Virus record (IMG/VR): IMGVR_UViG_3300000553_000006
Location: 1-64,000 of that record
From: a virus
Taxonomy: Duplodnaviria > Heunggongvirae > Uroviricota > Caudoviricetes
DNA: 64,000 bases
Reading direction: 5' to 3' (one strand)
Part shown: piece by piece, positions 17,483 to 26,978 of the stretch
Numbering within the stretch: the stretch's first letter is position 1
Layout: each line of letters begins with the position of its first letter
Program-made: the position numbers and the translations under genes
The notes under the pieces: generated by a model
Seen by the model: the letters and a program-made list of their open reading frames with translations, nothing else
What the model was told of the DNA's origin: nothing
Databases searched by the model: none

Positions 17483-17859
17483 TTTATATCGTTTTCCCCG
17501 GGAGAAACAGACAATTATTGAAACAACTAAACCAGGAGATTAGTCACGGACTAGGACAGGGTATTTCTCAATATTACCGCCGAACAACTCAGCCGTTGAC
17601 TTAATATCAACGAACGAATCATCGTATTCATCATAGATTTTGATGTCTAGATCGAGTTGTTGTCCGTCAAGTGACGACAAATACTCAGCCAATTCGCGGT
17701 AAGTCATCGCAGCGGTCCCTTTCCTTTATTGTCACTCATTGTACCGCGTCAGCGAATTAATAGCAATATCGTTTTCCGATAAGGAGCGACACATAAGCAC
17801 AAACTTATCGGACGTAAAAAAATCGGTGCGATTCGTTTTCGTATAGGTTGAGTAAAGGG

Positions 17860-18450
17860 TTATACGTTATTAGGAGCACCAGGTAGTTCGTCCATGTGCT
17901 TCAGTAGTTTCTCGCGATCTGCTTCAGCCTTACTCAATTCACCTTTGGCTTTGACTAGCTCTCTACTACTATACTCAATAGACCAGAGCAAAGAACGTTC
18001 ATGTTCTTGTAATGCTGATGTATAGTTGAGTCCTTTTAGTTCAGTCTCTAGCGTCATTACATTACAGTCTTGATCCATAGTCGAATAGATCTGCTCAATA
18101 GCAGTAATCTTTACTTGGGCTAACGCATAGGGGACATTCCACAACTCAAGAGCATTGATGATGTCTAGATATTTAGTATAGTCTTGCTTACGTTTCTCTA
18201 TCTCTTTGATTAGGTATGCTCTCTCTGATTCAATATTACTGAGAATTACTTCTTCTTTTGATTCAGGACGGAGAGACTTCCAGTTGTTGTAGTTTTCAGT
18301 CGCTTCATGTAACTGTTCGGTGTAGTATTCAACTGATTGACGTAGAGAGGAGAGGTCGGCGTCTGTTCCGAATATACCGCTGATGCTCTGAATGTACTGG
18401 TATGGTGTCCAGTTCTTCTCTAATATACCATATTTGTATCCCGTTGGCAT
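17860..18450 (-). CDS. coiled-coil protein
   Basis: 196 aa, heptad-rich. Confidence 0.45.
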   Translation of the reverse strand: MPTGYKYGILEKNWTPYQYIQSISGIFGTDADLSSLRQSVEYYTEQLHEATENYNNWKSLRPESKEEVILSNIESERAYLIKEIEKRKQDYTKYLDIINALELWNVPYALAQVKITAIEQIYSTMDQDCNVMTLETELKGLNYTSALQEHERSLLWSIEYSSRELVKAKGELSKAEADREKLLKHMDELPGAPNNV

Positions 18451-18460
18451 TGTCTCTCCT

Positions 18461-18703
18461 TTAGTAAACTAGGTCTACGTACTCGCCAAAGTGAATGTCA
18501 AATACATCGACCAGATGATCGTAATCACTGGACTTCATATCCTCAATCATAGTCTCAATCTGCTCGGGTGTGTACTCGAGTTGTTTGGCTAATGACTCAG
18601 CTGCACCCATCAGTGCGAACGCATTACCTGCCGGACCAGAGATATCGATCTCTAGCTTACCAGTTCTATTCTTCTTTCTAATAGACATTACGGATTTACG
18701 CAC
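18461..18703 (-). CDS. hypothetical protein
   Basis: 80-aa ORF. Confidence 0.4.
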   Translation of the reverse strand: MRKSVMSIRKKNRTGKLEIDISGPAGNAFALMGAAESLAKQLEYTPEQIETMIEDMKSSDYDHLVDVFDIHFGEYVDLVY

Positions 18704-19148
18704 TCAATGTCTTCACGGAACACTCGATAGAGCATATGCTGACATTCCCTATCTGAGGTCCAAATATCATCGCCATCGATAAACTTGACAGTACCAGTAC
18801 CCAGATTACAGCGACCTCAATAGTCTTAGCCGTGTGGCTCTTCACTTCATCATAGTCAAGGAACCAGTCACCGATACCATTCGGTAGAGTTACCTCGAGA
18901 TTATATCCTCTGTCATCAACAACAACTGCTTCAAGCGTAATAACATCACCAGGGCGATACTTCGGCATACTCTTCACCTTTTCAAATCGAGTTTCGTTGA
19001 ACCATTGTTGCTTACCAATGTCGGATACAATCCGAACTTCACCACAGCTGTTCTTACCAATTACAGCATACTCCTCACCGCGAGTCAGCAGAGGCGCATG
19101 AATACCGACATCAACGCAGATTACATTATCGCCAATCTCGATGGGCAT
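18696..19148 (-). CDS. hypothetical protein
   Basis: 150-aa ORF. Confidence 0.45.
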   Translation of the reverse strand: MPIEIGDNVICVDVGIHAPLLTRGEEYAVIGKNSCGEVRIVSDIGKQQWFNETRFEKVKSMPKYRPGDVITLEAVVVDDRGYNLEVTLPNGIGDWFLDYDEVKSHTAKTIEVAVIWVLVLSSLSMAMIFGPQIGNVSICSIECSVKTLSA

Positions 19149-19807
19149 TAGATGCTACCTTTCAGAGCCAGTACAGCCTTCAGACGAGCAGCAAACCGAT
19201 CAATCTCATCAGCATTCAGAGACCAGCGGCTGGTAGAGATAACCAGATACGCTTCGCCGTTACCATCTTCTACATCGATATCAATGGAGTTTTCTTCCAC
19301 ATGATAGCCAGCTTGCTCATCAGCAGGTTGCTTCAGAACAACACGAACAGTAGAGACGGTCGTGTCGTCAACAGTAGGCGTAGGACCTTCAACAATCTTG
19401 AAATCACCTTCGAAATAATACCAGTAGTCCTCGTAGCCCAGATCGTTGGTGATGAAGAATTGACTTGGGTCTTCGCTACCGACACTAGTAACGCGGTAGG
19501 ACTTATCGACATTAGTAACGCGGTAGGACTTACCGACAGTCAGTCCCGTAAAACCTTCAACCAGAGGTTCGATGTAATCGCCAACTTGAACGATGTTAGT
19601 CTTAAACACAGGCGTTTCCTTTTCTACCGGAACAAAGCGTTGATGAACGAACCAATCCTCATCACCATGGTCGTTCTGCTTGATATGAACGTATTGATGT
19701 TCGTCATAACCTTCGATATAGTCGATCTCATACTGCTTACCAACAGTAAGCGCGTCCACTTCTTCTACAGCGATCACATGAGTGAAGTTACGGAAATTGT
19801 AAGTCAA
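19148..19807 (-). CDS. hypothetical protein with internal 9-aa tandem repeat
   Basis: 219 aa; 27-bp direct repeat x2 at 19481..19534 encodes RVTNVDKSY/RVTSVGSED. Confidence 0.45.
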   Translation of the reverse strand: MTYNFRNFTHVIAVEEVDALTVGKQYEIDYIEGYDEHQYVHIKQNDHGDEDWFVHQRFVPVEKETPVFKTNIVQVGDYIEPLVEGFTGLTVGKSYRVTNVDKSYRVTSVGSEDPSQFFITNDLGYEDYWYYFEGDFKIVEGPTPTVDDTTVSTVRVVLKQPADEQAGYHVEENSIDIDVEDGNGEAYLVISTSRWSLNADEIDRFAARLKAVLALKGSI

Positions 19808-19818
19808 GTGCTTGTCTC

Positions 19819-20157
19819 CTAGACGTAAGCAATACGGTTGCCATAAGCACGCAGCTTACCGGCATCGGGCAGGCAATGAGAGTACTTACCGTTGATATAC
19901 ACATAGACACCATCGCGATGCTTGCTGGTGACTTCATAGATAGCCAGCTTTGCGTGGCGAGCGTTCTTCTTCAGAGTAGAAGCCGGACGCGTAGCGTAAC
20001 GCCAAGACTCACGACCAGCAGGCTTCGGGCGCGGACCAATATAGAAAGTACGGAGATAGTATTCCTTACCCGTAGACTTGGTCAGCTCGGCGAGTTGCTT
20101 GCGCGTTTCAGCGCGAACTTCGTTGAGCTTGTCGAGCGGGATGATCGTGTAAGACAT
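19819..20157 (-). CDS. hypothetical basic protein
   Basis: ATG at 20157 (MSYTIIPLDKL) with a GGAAAAGGAAA RBS; tandem promoters at 20183..20211 and 20263..20291. Confidence 0.5.
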   Translation of the reverse strand: MSYTIIPLDKLNEVRAETRKQLAELTKSTGKEYYLRTFYIGPRPKPAGRESWRYATRPASTLKKNARHAKLAIYEVTSKHRDGVYVYINGKYSHCLPDAGKLRAYGNRIAYV

Positions 20158-20182
20158 TTGGGTTTCCTTTTCCAACTTTCAT

Positions 20183-20211
20183 ATTCTAGCTCGGGGACGG
20201 ATTAATAGCAA
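20183..20211 (-). promoter_or_regulatory. sigma70-like promoter, TTGCTATTAAT-17-TAGAAT
   Basis: Read directly from the sequence; a second near-identical copy (TTGCTTTTAAT-17-TAGAAT) lies 80 bp upstream at 20263..20291. Confidence 0.55.
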
Positions 20212-20366
20212 GCGGTGTTTTTTATGTCCCGGCGTTCGCTACCATCCGTCCCCGACTATCACATTCTAACCGGAGAGCGGATTAAAAGCAAGCAATTTTA
20301 TATAAATAGAATGCTAGTCGCGAGTTGGCGCTCCACTAGCTCTATTCTGGTTGAGGAGAACAGCAC

Positions 20367-21002
20367 ATGAGTATTTATTACGTTTACGCATACCTTCGCA
20401 AATCGAACGGTATCCCTTACTATATCGGAAAAGGTAAAGGAGACAGAGCGTTTAGAAAACATACTTTCGTATCAGTTCCAAAAGACAAATCTAAAATAGT
20501 GTTCTTAGAAACTAATCTTACGGAGATTGGCGCTCTAGCATTAGAGAGACGATACATCCGTTGGTATGGTCGTAAAAACTTGAATACAGGAGTCCTTCTA
20601 AACAAAACAGATGGAGGAGAAGGAACAGCAGGAAGAATTCCTACACCACAATCTCCTGAATCAAATATAGCAAGAGGATCTGGATTCAGAGGTAAGAAAA
20701 GACCAGAACATGCTGCTAAAATGAAAGAGTATTATCGTTCAGGTAAACTGAATCAACTAGCAGTAGCTAGAAAACATACTGAAAAAACTAAAGATAAGCT
20801 ACGTAAACCTAAATCTAACAAACTAAACTATCAGAACAGGAAATGGTATCACAGTTTGCTCCTAAAGAAAGAAGCTTGCGTGAGTACCATTCCTGACTGG
20901 ACAGATGTTAAACTAGGTAGATACCCTAATTCCGGAGACAGGTTACGCGAGCCATCTTTTCCCAACGTTCAGGCGAAGTCTTACGAAGAGCAGCCAGCTT
21001 AA
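20367..21002 (+). CDS. GIY-YIG homing endonuclease
   Basis: [29 protein letters not shown]; paralog of 30000..30596 and 49150..49701; conserved leader. Confidence 0.8.
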   Translation: MSIYYVYAYLRKSNGIPYYIGKGKGDRAFRKHTFVSVPKDKSKIVFLETNLTEIGALALERRYIRWYGRKNLNTGVLLNKTDGGEGTAGRIPTPQSPESNIARGSGFRGKKRPEHAAKMKEYYRSGKLNQLAVARKHTEKTKDKLRKPKSNKLNYQNRKWYHSLLLKKEACVSTIPDWTDVKLGRYPNSGDRLREPSFPNVQAKSYEEQPA

Positions 21003-21786
21003 GAGCCATACGAAGAGACAGCTCGCGAAGTTGATCGGCGTGCTTTTCAATAAAATCAACCACATCAGCTTCCTCTTGCTTATTGCAACCATTCATACGA
21101 AGCATACCTTCCCGACAAATCATTTTGATGCGGATAAGATAATCTCGTTTGGTGTGCATGGCAAGATCAACATAATGTGAACGACTGATGAGAGCGGTAA
21201 AGTGAGGAGCAAGCTTAGATCCCCGATCAATCTCACGGTCAAACGACATATTTGTAATGAAGATCACAGTACCTTCAAAGTCGAAAGACTTCGGAATGAT
21301 ACCGCCATCTTCGTCTTCCATTTGATTTTCAGTCATGTAAGAGATTACACGACGGTCACAGGTATCGCAAGCAGCCTTCAGCAAGTTGAGAGCGACATCA
21401 TCAAAGAACACGCTGTCCGCGTCATCAAATACAATGACGTTACCCGGATGGCGGAACTGATAAAGCAACCGTATAATGCCAGTAGCCCGGACATAACCCT
21501 TAACAATAGTGTAGACAGACTCGCTGGGGTCGTAATCGTTAAGAACCTTCTCAATAGTGAAGGACTTACCGAGACCAGCGGGACCAGAAACGATAAGCGC
21601 CCGAGCCTCGCCAGTAACTGCAGCGTTAGCCAGGTCTTCAAGGACACTGAACCGCTCGTTAAGCTTCGCCTCAATTTGGGCGTCCGTTTCGCGAGTTTCG
21701 GCATCAAAGACATTCATACGAGCAAGCTTCGCGCTCTTACCAGCCATCTTATTTCCTTTCGGGTGGGGACCGTTCCCCTCAACCAA
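20926..21786 (-). CDS. AAA-family P-loop ATPase
   Basis: Walker [13 protein letters not shown] and Walker [10 protein letters not shown]; 286 aa. Confidence 0.6.
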   Translation of the reverse strand: MVEGNGPHPKGNKMAGKSAKLARMNVFDAETRETDAQIEAKLNERFSVLEDLANAAVTGEARALIVSGPAGLGKSFTIEKVLNDYDPSESVYTIVKGYVRATGIIRLLYQFRHPGNVIVFDDADSVFFDDVALNLLKAACDTCDRRVISYMTENQMEDEDGGIIPKSFDFEGTVIFITNMSFDREIDRGSKLAPHFTALISRSHYVDLAMHTKRDYLIRIKMICREGMLRMNGCNKQEEADVVDFIEKHADQLRELSLRMALKLAALRKTSPERWEKMARVTCLRN

Positions 21787-21818
21787 CTATGTCATTCTAG
21801 CCGATGACGGGATTAATG

Positions 21819-22334
21819 TCAAACGCTTTTTGTCGCTTGTCGCTTAATAAATTCGCCGACCTTACCAATGTGTTTGCATTGGCGCCGGAAAGCAAATCCC
21901 TGACAATCGCAAGTATACTTGCCATCAATTCTCTGCACGAGATAGTTGTCGCCTTTGGAACCTTTGACGCGCCAAAGCTTATTATCGTTGTTTACATGAG
22001 TGTTCGCACCAGCACTTCCAGTGTGGTACTCAACATCTATCACTCTACTTGATTCGATCACAGACTCAAACGGACGAAAGCCAGGACCGAAAGGTTGCAT
22101 CGTTAGAATACGCCAAGTCCCAGGATTGTCGTGCTTAGCTGACTTAACCTTTACTCCGGTCGTCTTAAACTTATTCCGGACGTTAATAGCAGCGATGCCT
22201 GGTTTCCAAACATCGGACCAATCGGTCGTAATCGTTACACGAGATCCATCTGTCGGCTCGTTAAACATCACATCCCCTCTCAAATTAGAACTAATTCTAG
22301 CCTGAGAGGGGATTAATGTCAAGCCTTTTTCCAT
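21819..22334 (-). CDS. SWIM zinc-finger protein
   Basis: C-terminal YTCDCQGFAFRRQCKH (CxC-x9-CxH); own TTGACATTAAT promoter at about 22300..22318. Confidence 0.5.
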   Translation of the reverse strand: MEKGLTLIPSQARISSNLRGDVMFNEPTDGSRVTITTDWSDVWKPGIAAINVRNKFKTTGVKVKSAKHDNPGTWRILTMQPFGPGFRPFESVIESSRVIDVEYHTGSAGANTHVNNDNKLWRVKGSKGDNYLVQRIDGKYTCDCQGFAFRRQCKHIGKVGEFIKRQATKSV

Positions 22335-22570
22335 AATTCCGGTTGACAGTTCATTTGTTGAATACGTCGACCAGTGTGAAATAGTCTTAGAGTAACATCA
22401 TCCATAGAAGCAAAGAACGCTTCGTATCGCTTAGTATACTCTTTGTATTTTTCTAAATCCTCAAGCTCTTCTGTTGTAGGAGAAGGAACTTGAGGAGCCA
22501 GAGACTTAAACGCATGTATTGCGTTGTAATAAATCTTAGTCGTGTTCATATTCATCAACAGTAGCGCCAT
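22319..22570 (-). CDS. hypothetical protein
   Basis: 83-aa ORF. Confidence 0.4.
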   Translation of the reverse strand: MALLLMNMNTTKIYYNAIHAFKSLAPQVPSPTTEELEDLEKYKEYTKRYEAFFASMDDVTLRLFHTGRRIQQMNCQPELWKKA

Positions 22571-23126
22571 CCTTAGTCAATACAACCTTGACGTGGTCGC
22601 CGTAAACGTCGCGAAGAACTTCATCATTAGACATCAGCAGACGCTTAAACTGATCACAGACATCACCAAGACCAGGATAAGCTGCTTGCTGTTCTTCCCA
22701 GTTCTTTAAATCGAGAGCATAGTGCTCAGAATACTTGTCGTTCTTACTAACTGCTTGCTTGCGCCATTCAATCTGACGAGCATCATAGTTGACAACTTGA
22801 GTATACTTGTCACTATCTTCGTAGTCATACGCATCACTTTCAATGTTATCAGGATCAAATCCCTTAATAACAAAGATAGGATCGTTCACGCCGAATACAC
22901 ATTCCTCACCATCATTGAAGTAAGGAGTATACTGGGTCCAGATAACTGCTTGTACTGGAGTTTCGTTGAAGAACTCTTTAGTAACTTCGCGGAAAGCTTC
23001 TTGCAGCTTCCTCATATGTTCCTTACGAACTTCTTCAAGTTCTTGGTTCATCTGAGAAATACGAGCAGTAATTTCATTCATCGACATATTCATCTTCTCC
23101 ATTAAGAAATTGTTTAGCTGAATCAA
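22536..23126 (-). CDS. hypothetical protein
   Basis: 196-aa ORF. Confidence 0.45.
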   Translation of the reverse strand: MIQLNNFLMEKMNMSMNEITARISQMNQELEEVRKEHMRKLQEAFREVTKEFFNETPVQAVIWTQYTPYFNDGEECVFGVNDPIFVIKGFDPDNIESDAYDYEDSDKYTQVVNYDARQIEWRKQAVSKNDKYSEHYALDLKNWEEQQAAYPGLGDVCDQFKRLLMSNDEVLRDVYGDHVKVVLTKDGATVDEYEHD

Positions 23127-23565
23127 TTAGTTGGTCAATCGTTTCGACCATTGGTATAGCAAAACGGTCACATACTATTTGCACATTACCTCTGCGCCAG
23201 TAACCTTCTGGGCAACACACAATCATGTTGCTTGTCCGCCCAAACATACCCAACTCTAGCAGAGTAATTGGAGCAGGTCCATCAGGATCAAAATAGACAA
23301 GGATAAGTTGAGCTAACTCCAGAGAATCTAATTCCCAAGTAACTTGCTCACGAAACTTATCGTTGCTGATATCTTGTACCCAACTACTATCCCAGTCATC
23401 TCGCCGAGGATTAGCAATGATTATCTCTAGATCTTCAAGTTCTTTCTCGACTCGTTCCTGCCAGTTAACAGCCTTGCCCATATCAATAGAGCCAGCGAGA
23501 AAAACAACAGGAATCCAATAATCAGGAATTGGATTTGGGGCTTTAACTACTACTGCCATCACCAA
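23074..23565 (-). CDS. nucleoside 2-deoxyribosyltransferase-like (Rcl/DNPH1 fold) protein
   Basis: VVFLAGSIDMG...NPRRDDW...LLELGMFGRTSNMIV matches the NDT/Rcl family layout. Confidence 0.55.
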   Translation of the reverse strand: MVMAVVVKAPNPIPDYWIPVVFLAGSIDMGKAVNWQERVEKELEDLEIIIANPRRDDWDSSWVQDISNDKFREQVTWELDSLELAQLILVYFDPDGPAPITLLELGMFGRTSNMIVCCPEGYWRRGNVQIVCDRFAIPMVETIDQLIDSAKQFLNGEDEYVDE

Positions 23566-23819
23566 CTCCGAATAATAGCACGACCACTACAGTTTGGGCA
23601 ATCTACCCATTCACAACCATCTGATCCACCGCTGTAGTCTGTACCGTGATACTCCTTTACTTCATTCTGAGTGTATTCAAGAATGGCAGCACAATCATCA
23701 CAAGTAACACGCTTTACTGCGCGCTCGTCTCTACCAACTATCTTGACCATAATACTGATACCTTTCCAAATACCCAAGCAAGAGCAAGAACTGGAGCACC
23801 AAGAACCCAATACCACCAA
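23559..23819 (-). CDS. Cys-rich zinc-ribbon protein
   Basis: CDDC...CPNC pairs. Confidence 0.4.
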   Translation of the reverse strand: MVVLGSWCSSSCSCLGIWKGISIMVKIVGRDERAVKRVTCDDCAAILEYTQNEVKEYHGTDYSGGSDGCEWVDCPNCSGRAIIRSW

Positions 23820-24079
23820 GGAGTATTCTTTCCTGTATTGATCTTTGCGCTTGGATTTGTCATAAACTCATGTAGAAAGAAAACACAAGCGAGTAGAGTC
23901 CAGATGAACAACATCGGAACAAGAAAAATCATTCTAATCATCTGAGCCAATCCAAGCAGGACAATTTTTACCATAGGTTGATTCAGTATAACTACCATGA
24001 TCACCTTCGTCAACATAAGCCCAGAATGGAACTTTAGGAAGTGTCCATTCACATTGCTTAACTCCTGGCTCTGCTTCAT
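23738..24079 (-). CDS. membrane protein
   Basis: 113 aa, hydrophobic. Confidence 0.4.
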   Translation of the reverse strand: MKQSQELSNVNGHFLKFHSGLMLTKVIMVVILNQPMVKIVLLGLAQMIRMIFLVPMLFIWTLLACVFFLHEFMTNPSAKINTGKNTPWWYWVLGAPVLALAWVFGKVSVLWSR

Positions 24080-24164
24080 AGCCTGTCCAGTATTTGCATG
24101 TTCCGCAACACTTGCTCAATCTACATTCTCCTGTTTTGTTCTCTTGTGAGCACCGCTCATCCAA
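23934..24164 (-). CDS. Cys-rich small protein
   Basis: CRLSKCCGTCKYW...C. Confidence 0.35.
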   Translation of the reverse strand: MDERCSQENKTGECRLSKCCGTCKYWTGYEAEPGVKQCEWTLPKVPFWAYVDEGDHGSYTESTYGKNCPAWIGSDD

Positions 24165-24463
24165 GGTTCCAGAGGTAGATTACGAAGCCAACGTTCGATG
24201 GTAGGAATAGTTCCTAGATCATCTTGAATGTGTTCTTCAGCAATGTCTCGAACAGAGAAATCCTTACCTTCGGCGTTGGTCTTATATACACCAAACACTT
24301 GCTCGGCAAGGTAGCAACCAAAGCTGCTATGTAGAATTGCTCGGTGTCGAACATCTGGCATAGCAGCTTTGGTTTGATCGATAAAGTTATGAATATCGAT
24401 GTAGTCTTCAATTACTCCGCCGTGTCGCTTTACAGAGATCTTGGCATGAATAAGTGGCTTCAC
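24116..24463 (-). CDS. hypothetical protein
   Basis: 115-aa ORF. Confidence 0.4.
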   Translation of the reverse strand: MKPLIHAKISVKRHGGVIEDYIDIHNFIDQTKAAMPDVRHRAILHSSFGCYLAEQVFGVYKTNAEGKDFSVRDIAEEHIQDDLGTIPTIERWLRNLPLEPWMSGAHKRTKQENVD

Positions 24464-24464
24464 G

Positions 24465-24725
24465 TTACTTTCCTAACTTAACAGGACGCCAAACTCGGAC
24501 AGTTCGAACAACATCTTCTGGAGTAACTTCAATGATCGTGGGATCAAAGTAGTCGTAGTCAGTGTAGTAACTACCAGAACGACTTTCGTCAATCTGGTAG
24601 TACTTACCTTCGTACTTGATCACAGTCTCTTTGAAAGAATACTTTCCGTCATCAATCCAATCACCATCTTCGATGATCTCGACTGACTCGTCCTCTTCTT
24701 TATAGAGTTCTAGGATCTCTTCCAT
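24465..24725 (-). CDS. hypothetical protein
   Basis: 86-aa ORF. Confidence 0.4.
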   Translation of the reverse strand: MEEILELYKEEDESVEIIEDGDWIDDGKYSFKETVIKYEGKYYQIDESRSGSYYTDYDYFDPTIIEVTPEDVVRTVRVWRPVKLGK

Positions 24726-25315
24726 TACAGAGCCTGAATTGTCACGTTCACAGGTTGGAACACCAGAGCATGCGGCTTCAGGATGAGGAAAGTCTGAGTA
24801 GGATTGAGTTGGCTCAGACGAGACACTTGAGCAGTCGCGGTTTCTTCGTCTGGATGAGCAGCAACGAAAGTATTCTTCGACAGGTTATACACTGCCCAAA
24901 CAGGAGTCTTAGCAGTTTGATCTTCAATAGCGAGAGCGTCAGTCATGATGTTTGGATTTCCTTCAATATCGTAAGAAACGAGGGTTTGTGGGTCAATTTG
25001 AATTTTGGTATTAGCTGCACCACGATAAAGATCGTAGCTCGCAACGTCAGTAATAACGTAGCGATAGTAGTCTGAACCAGAGTCATTCAGAAACTTCTTC
25101 TGAATACCAGCCCAGGTTGAACTGTAACGATAAGATGTGTTCAGTTCATACTTTGAAGTGCTGCTTCTCTTGTAAAGAGAAATCATCACAAATTGAGCAT
25201 CCTTCGGAACAGTCCGAAGGTAAGCGTTAGCTGTAGACAAAGCATTAGCATGCATAGGAACATCTTCCCATCCAGTCAAATACTTAAGCTTGTTTCCATA
25301 ATTTGACATAGTCAC
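24725..25315 (-). CDS. hypothetical protein
   Basis: 196-aa ORF. Confidence 0.45.
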   Translation of the reverse strand: MTMSNYGNKLKYLTGWEDVPMHANALSTANAYLRTVPKDAQFVMISLYKRSSTSKYELNTSYRYSSTWAGIQKKFLNDSGSDYYRYVITDVASYDLYRGAANTKIQIDPQTLVSYDIEGNPNIMTDALAIEDQTAKTPVWAVYNLSKNTFVAAHPDEETATAQVSRLSQLNPTQTFLILKPHALVFQPVNVTIQAL

Positions 25316-25322
25316 TCCTTCA

Positions 25323-25703
25323 TTAAACAGCAGTCAGTTCGATATGAACATCTTTTCCATAGAGTACAGGATCGTACCCGTCGACAATAAACCCAGGCGA
25401 ACAACCGCAACCGCAGCCAGCCTTCTGGCTCCAGCGATAGTTTACATTCTCCAGAGTAACACCAGCGTTGCTCAATCCTTCACGGAGAGCTTGCCGATAG
25501 ACATTAATAGGACGAGAGCGCCTGTTCTCCAGGTTCTCGATAATAGATTCGCCCTTCGGCCAGATATAAACGCGAGACTTAGTCCGATACCGAGCGCGCG
25601 GCTCTTGACGAATCGGAACAAACTTCGTTTCGGTTTGCATTTTGGAGTTCCCTTCAACCATGTTCATAATATACGGTGGAACGCCATTAATAGCAAGCCC
25701 CAA
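25323..25703 (-). CDS. hypothetical protein
   Basis: 126-aa ORF; promoter motif at about 25686. Confidence 0.45.
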   Translation of the reverse strand: MGLAINGVPPYIMNMVEGNSKMQTETKFVPIRQEPRARYRTKSRVYIWPKGESIIENLENRRSRPINVYRQALREGLSNAGVTLENVNYRWSQKAGCGCGCSPGFIVDGYDPVLYGKDVHIELTAV

Positions 25704-25805
25704 ATTCCTTAACAGAATCAGGGGCTTGCGTTATTTAAGTAATTGTTTGACAACCACAATAAAGCACACGAACAGTGCTAAGCATACTAAAGCGTAGAAC
25801 ATATA

Positions 25806-26147
25806 TTATTCTCTAATACCATCCAGCATTCTTGTTTGTTTGTTGCGTTCTTTCTTGTCATTGTGGTGAGCAATGTAAGCATGAGTTAACCAACCTACGC
25901 TTCCTGCCCACATTGTTTCCATACCAGTAATGTTATGACCAAGCCAACCAAGAATTGAAGCAACGAATGTTGAAATAGCAGCAACATTAGCTGACCATAC
26001 GTTGATCTTAGTTGGTGACAAAATGTTACGAGCATCATCTAGAACATTTACGAATCTCAAGAATCGAATTGTCTTAGATGTGTTTGGTGGAAACCACAGG
26101 TCTTGTTGAACTGGCACTTTAGTAGTGTCTTCTGTATCGTCTGACAT
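25806..26147 (-). CDS. membrane protein
   Basis: 113 aa with TM segments. Confidence 0.4.
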   Translation of the reverse strand: MSDDTEDTTKVPVQQDLWFPPNTSKTIRFLRFVNVLDDARNILSPTKINVWSANVAAISTFVASILGWLGHNITGMETMWAGSVGWLTHAYIAHHNDKKERNKQTRMLDGIRE

Positions 26148-26187
26148 AGTAAATCCTCATAATTTGGCTATTCACAAATATATAGGA

Positions 26188-26955
26188 TTACGCGACTTTA
26201 CGAATTGTCCAGAAATCAGAGGCTAGACCTGGGTGTGTAATGTAATCATAAGGCATGTGGAAATATCCAGACATACCCCAATCTTCACCCCAAGAGTTAC
26301 GAACAATGATACAGTTGTTATCGTCATCGTAACCAACAGCCATTACTGCGTGTCCACCGAGGAACTTCTCGTCTCTAGCTGGCATCTTTAGAATACCGGA
26401 GTCAGCCATCTCTTGAGATTCCATGTTGTCATAAACAGAGAATCCAAATACAAATGGATAACCTTCTACTAGACAAGCCTTCATATGATCAAGATCACCA
26501 TCAGGAATAGCAGAATACTCGAGAACAAGATCCTTCTTTGCATCAACAAAGCAGTTATCAGTTGGCTTTGTTGTTACTTTCGATTGATCAAACTTCCAAT
26601 CAGACTCTGGACAGATACCAAACTCAGCTGTTCCTTTGATTACATCACGAATTACAGCGCCACAGTCTTGATCTGTTGTCTGTGAATAGCTTCTACCATT
26701 CCAATAGATGAATAGACGAGAAGGAACAAAATCAACAAGTCCTTCTTTGCGACGCACAAACTCAACCATTGCTGCAATAGAATTACCAGTGCAGCTGCTT
26801 GTTTGATATTGATTGTAGATTACTGAATCGTGAGGACGAAGGTCAACTTTCTTTGGGAAAGCACCTGGTGCAGCTCCCATTGGCATAGTATAAACGTGGT
26901 CACGGAAGTCAGGAAGTTGAGGCTTCCAACCATATTGATACTGAGTGTCTGACAT
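26188..26955 (-). CDS. papain-like (C1 family) cysteine peptidase
   Basis: QYQTSSCTGNS catalytic-Cys context; GGHAVMAVGYDDD...IVRNSWGEDWG His/Asn block. Confidence 0.65.
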   Translation of the reverse strand: MSDTQYQYGWKPQLPDFRDHVYTMPMGAAPGAFPKKVDLRPHDSVIYNQYQTSSCTGNSIAAMVEFVRRKEGLVDFVPSRLFIYWNGRSYSQTTDQDCGAVIRDVIKGTAEFGICPESDWKFDQSKVTTKPTDNCFVDAKKDLVLEYSAIPDGDLDHMKACLVEGYPFVFGFSVYDNMESQEMADSGILKMPARDEKFLGGHAVMAVGYDDDNNCIIVRNSWGEDWGMSGYFHMPYDYITHPGLASDFWTIRKVA

Positions 26956-26978
26956 TGTTCTCTCCCATTTGAGTATCG

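Noticed and set aside
20420-20605. Antisense ORFs inside the three paralogous GIY-YIG genes (20420..20605, 30053..30271, 49245..49472)
   Set aside because: They are conserved only because the sense GIY-YIG genes are paralogous; they are shadow frames and not independent genes.
21202-21807. 201-aa plus-strand ORF
   Set aside because: Antisense to the AAA ATPase gene, which carries clear Walker motifs.
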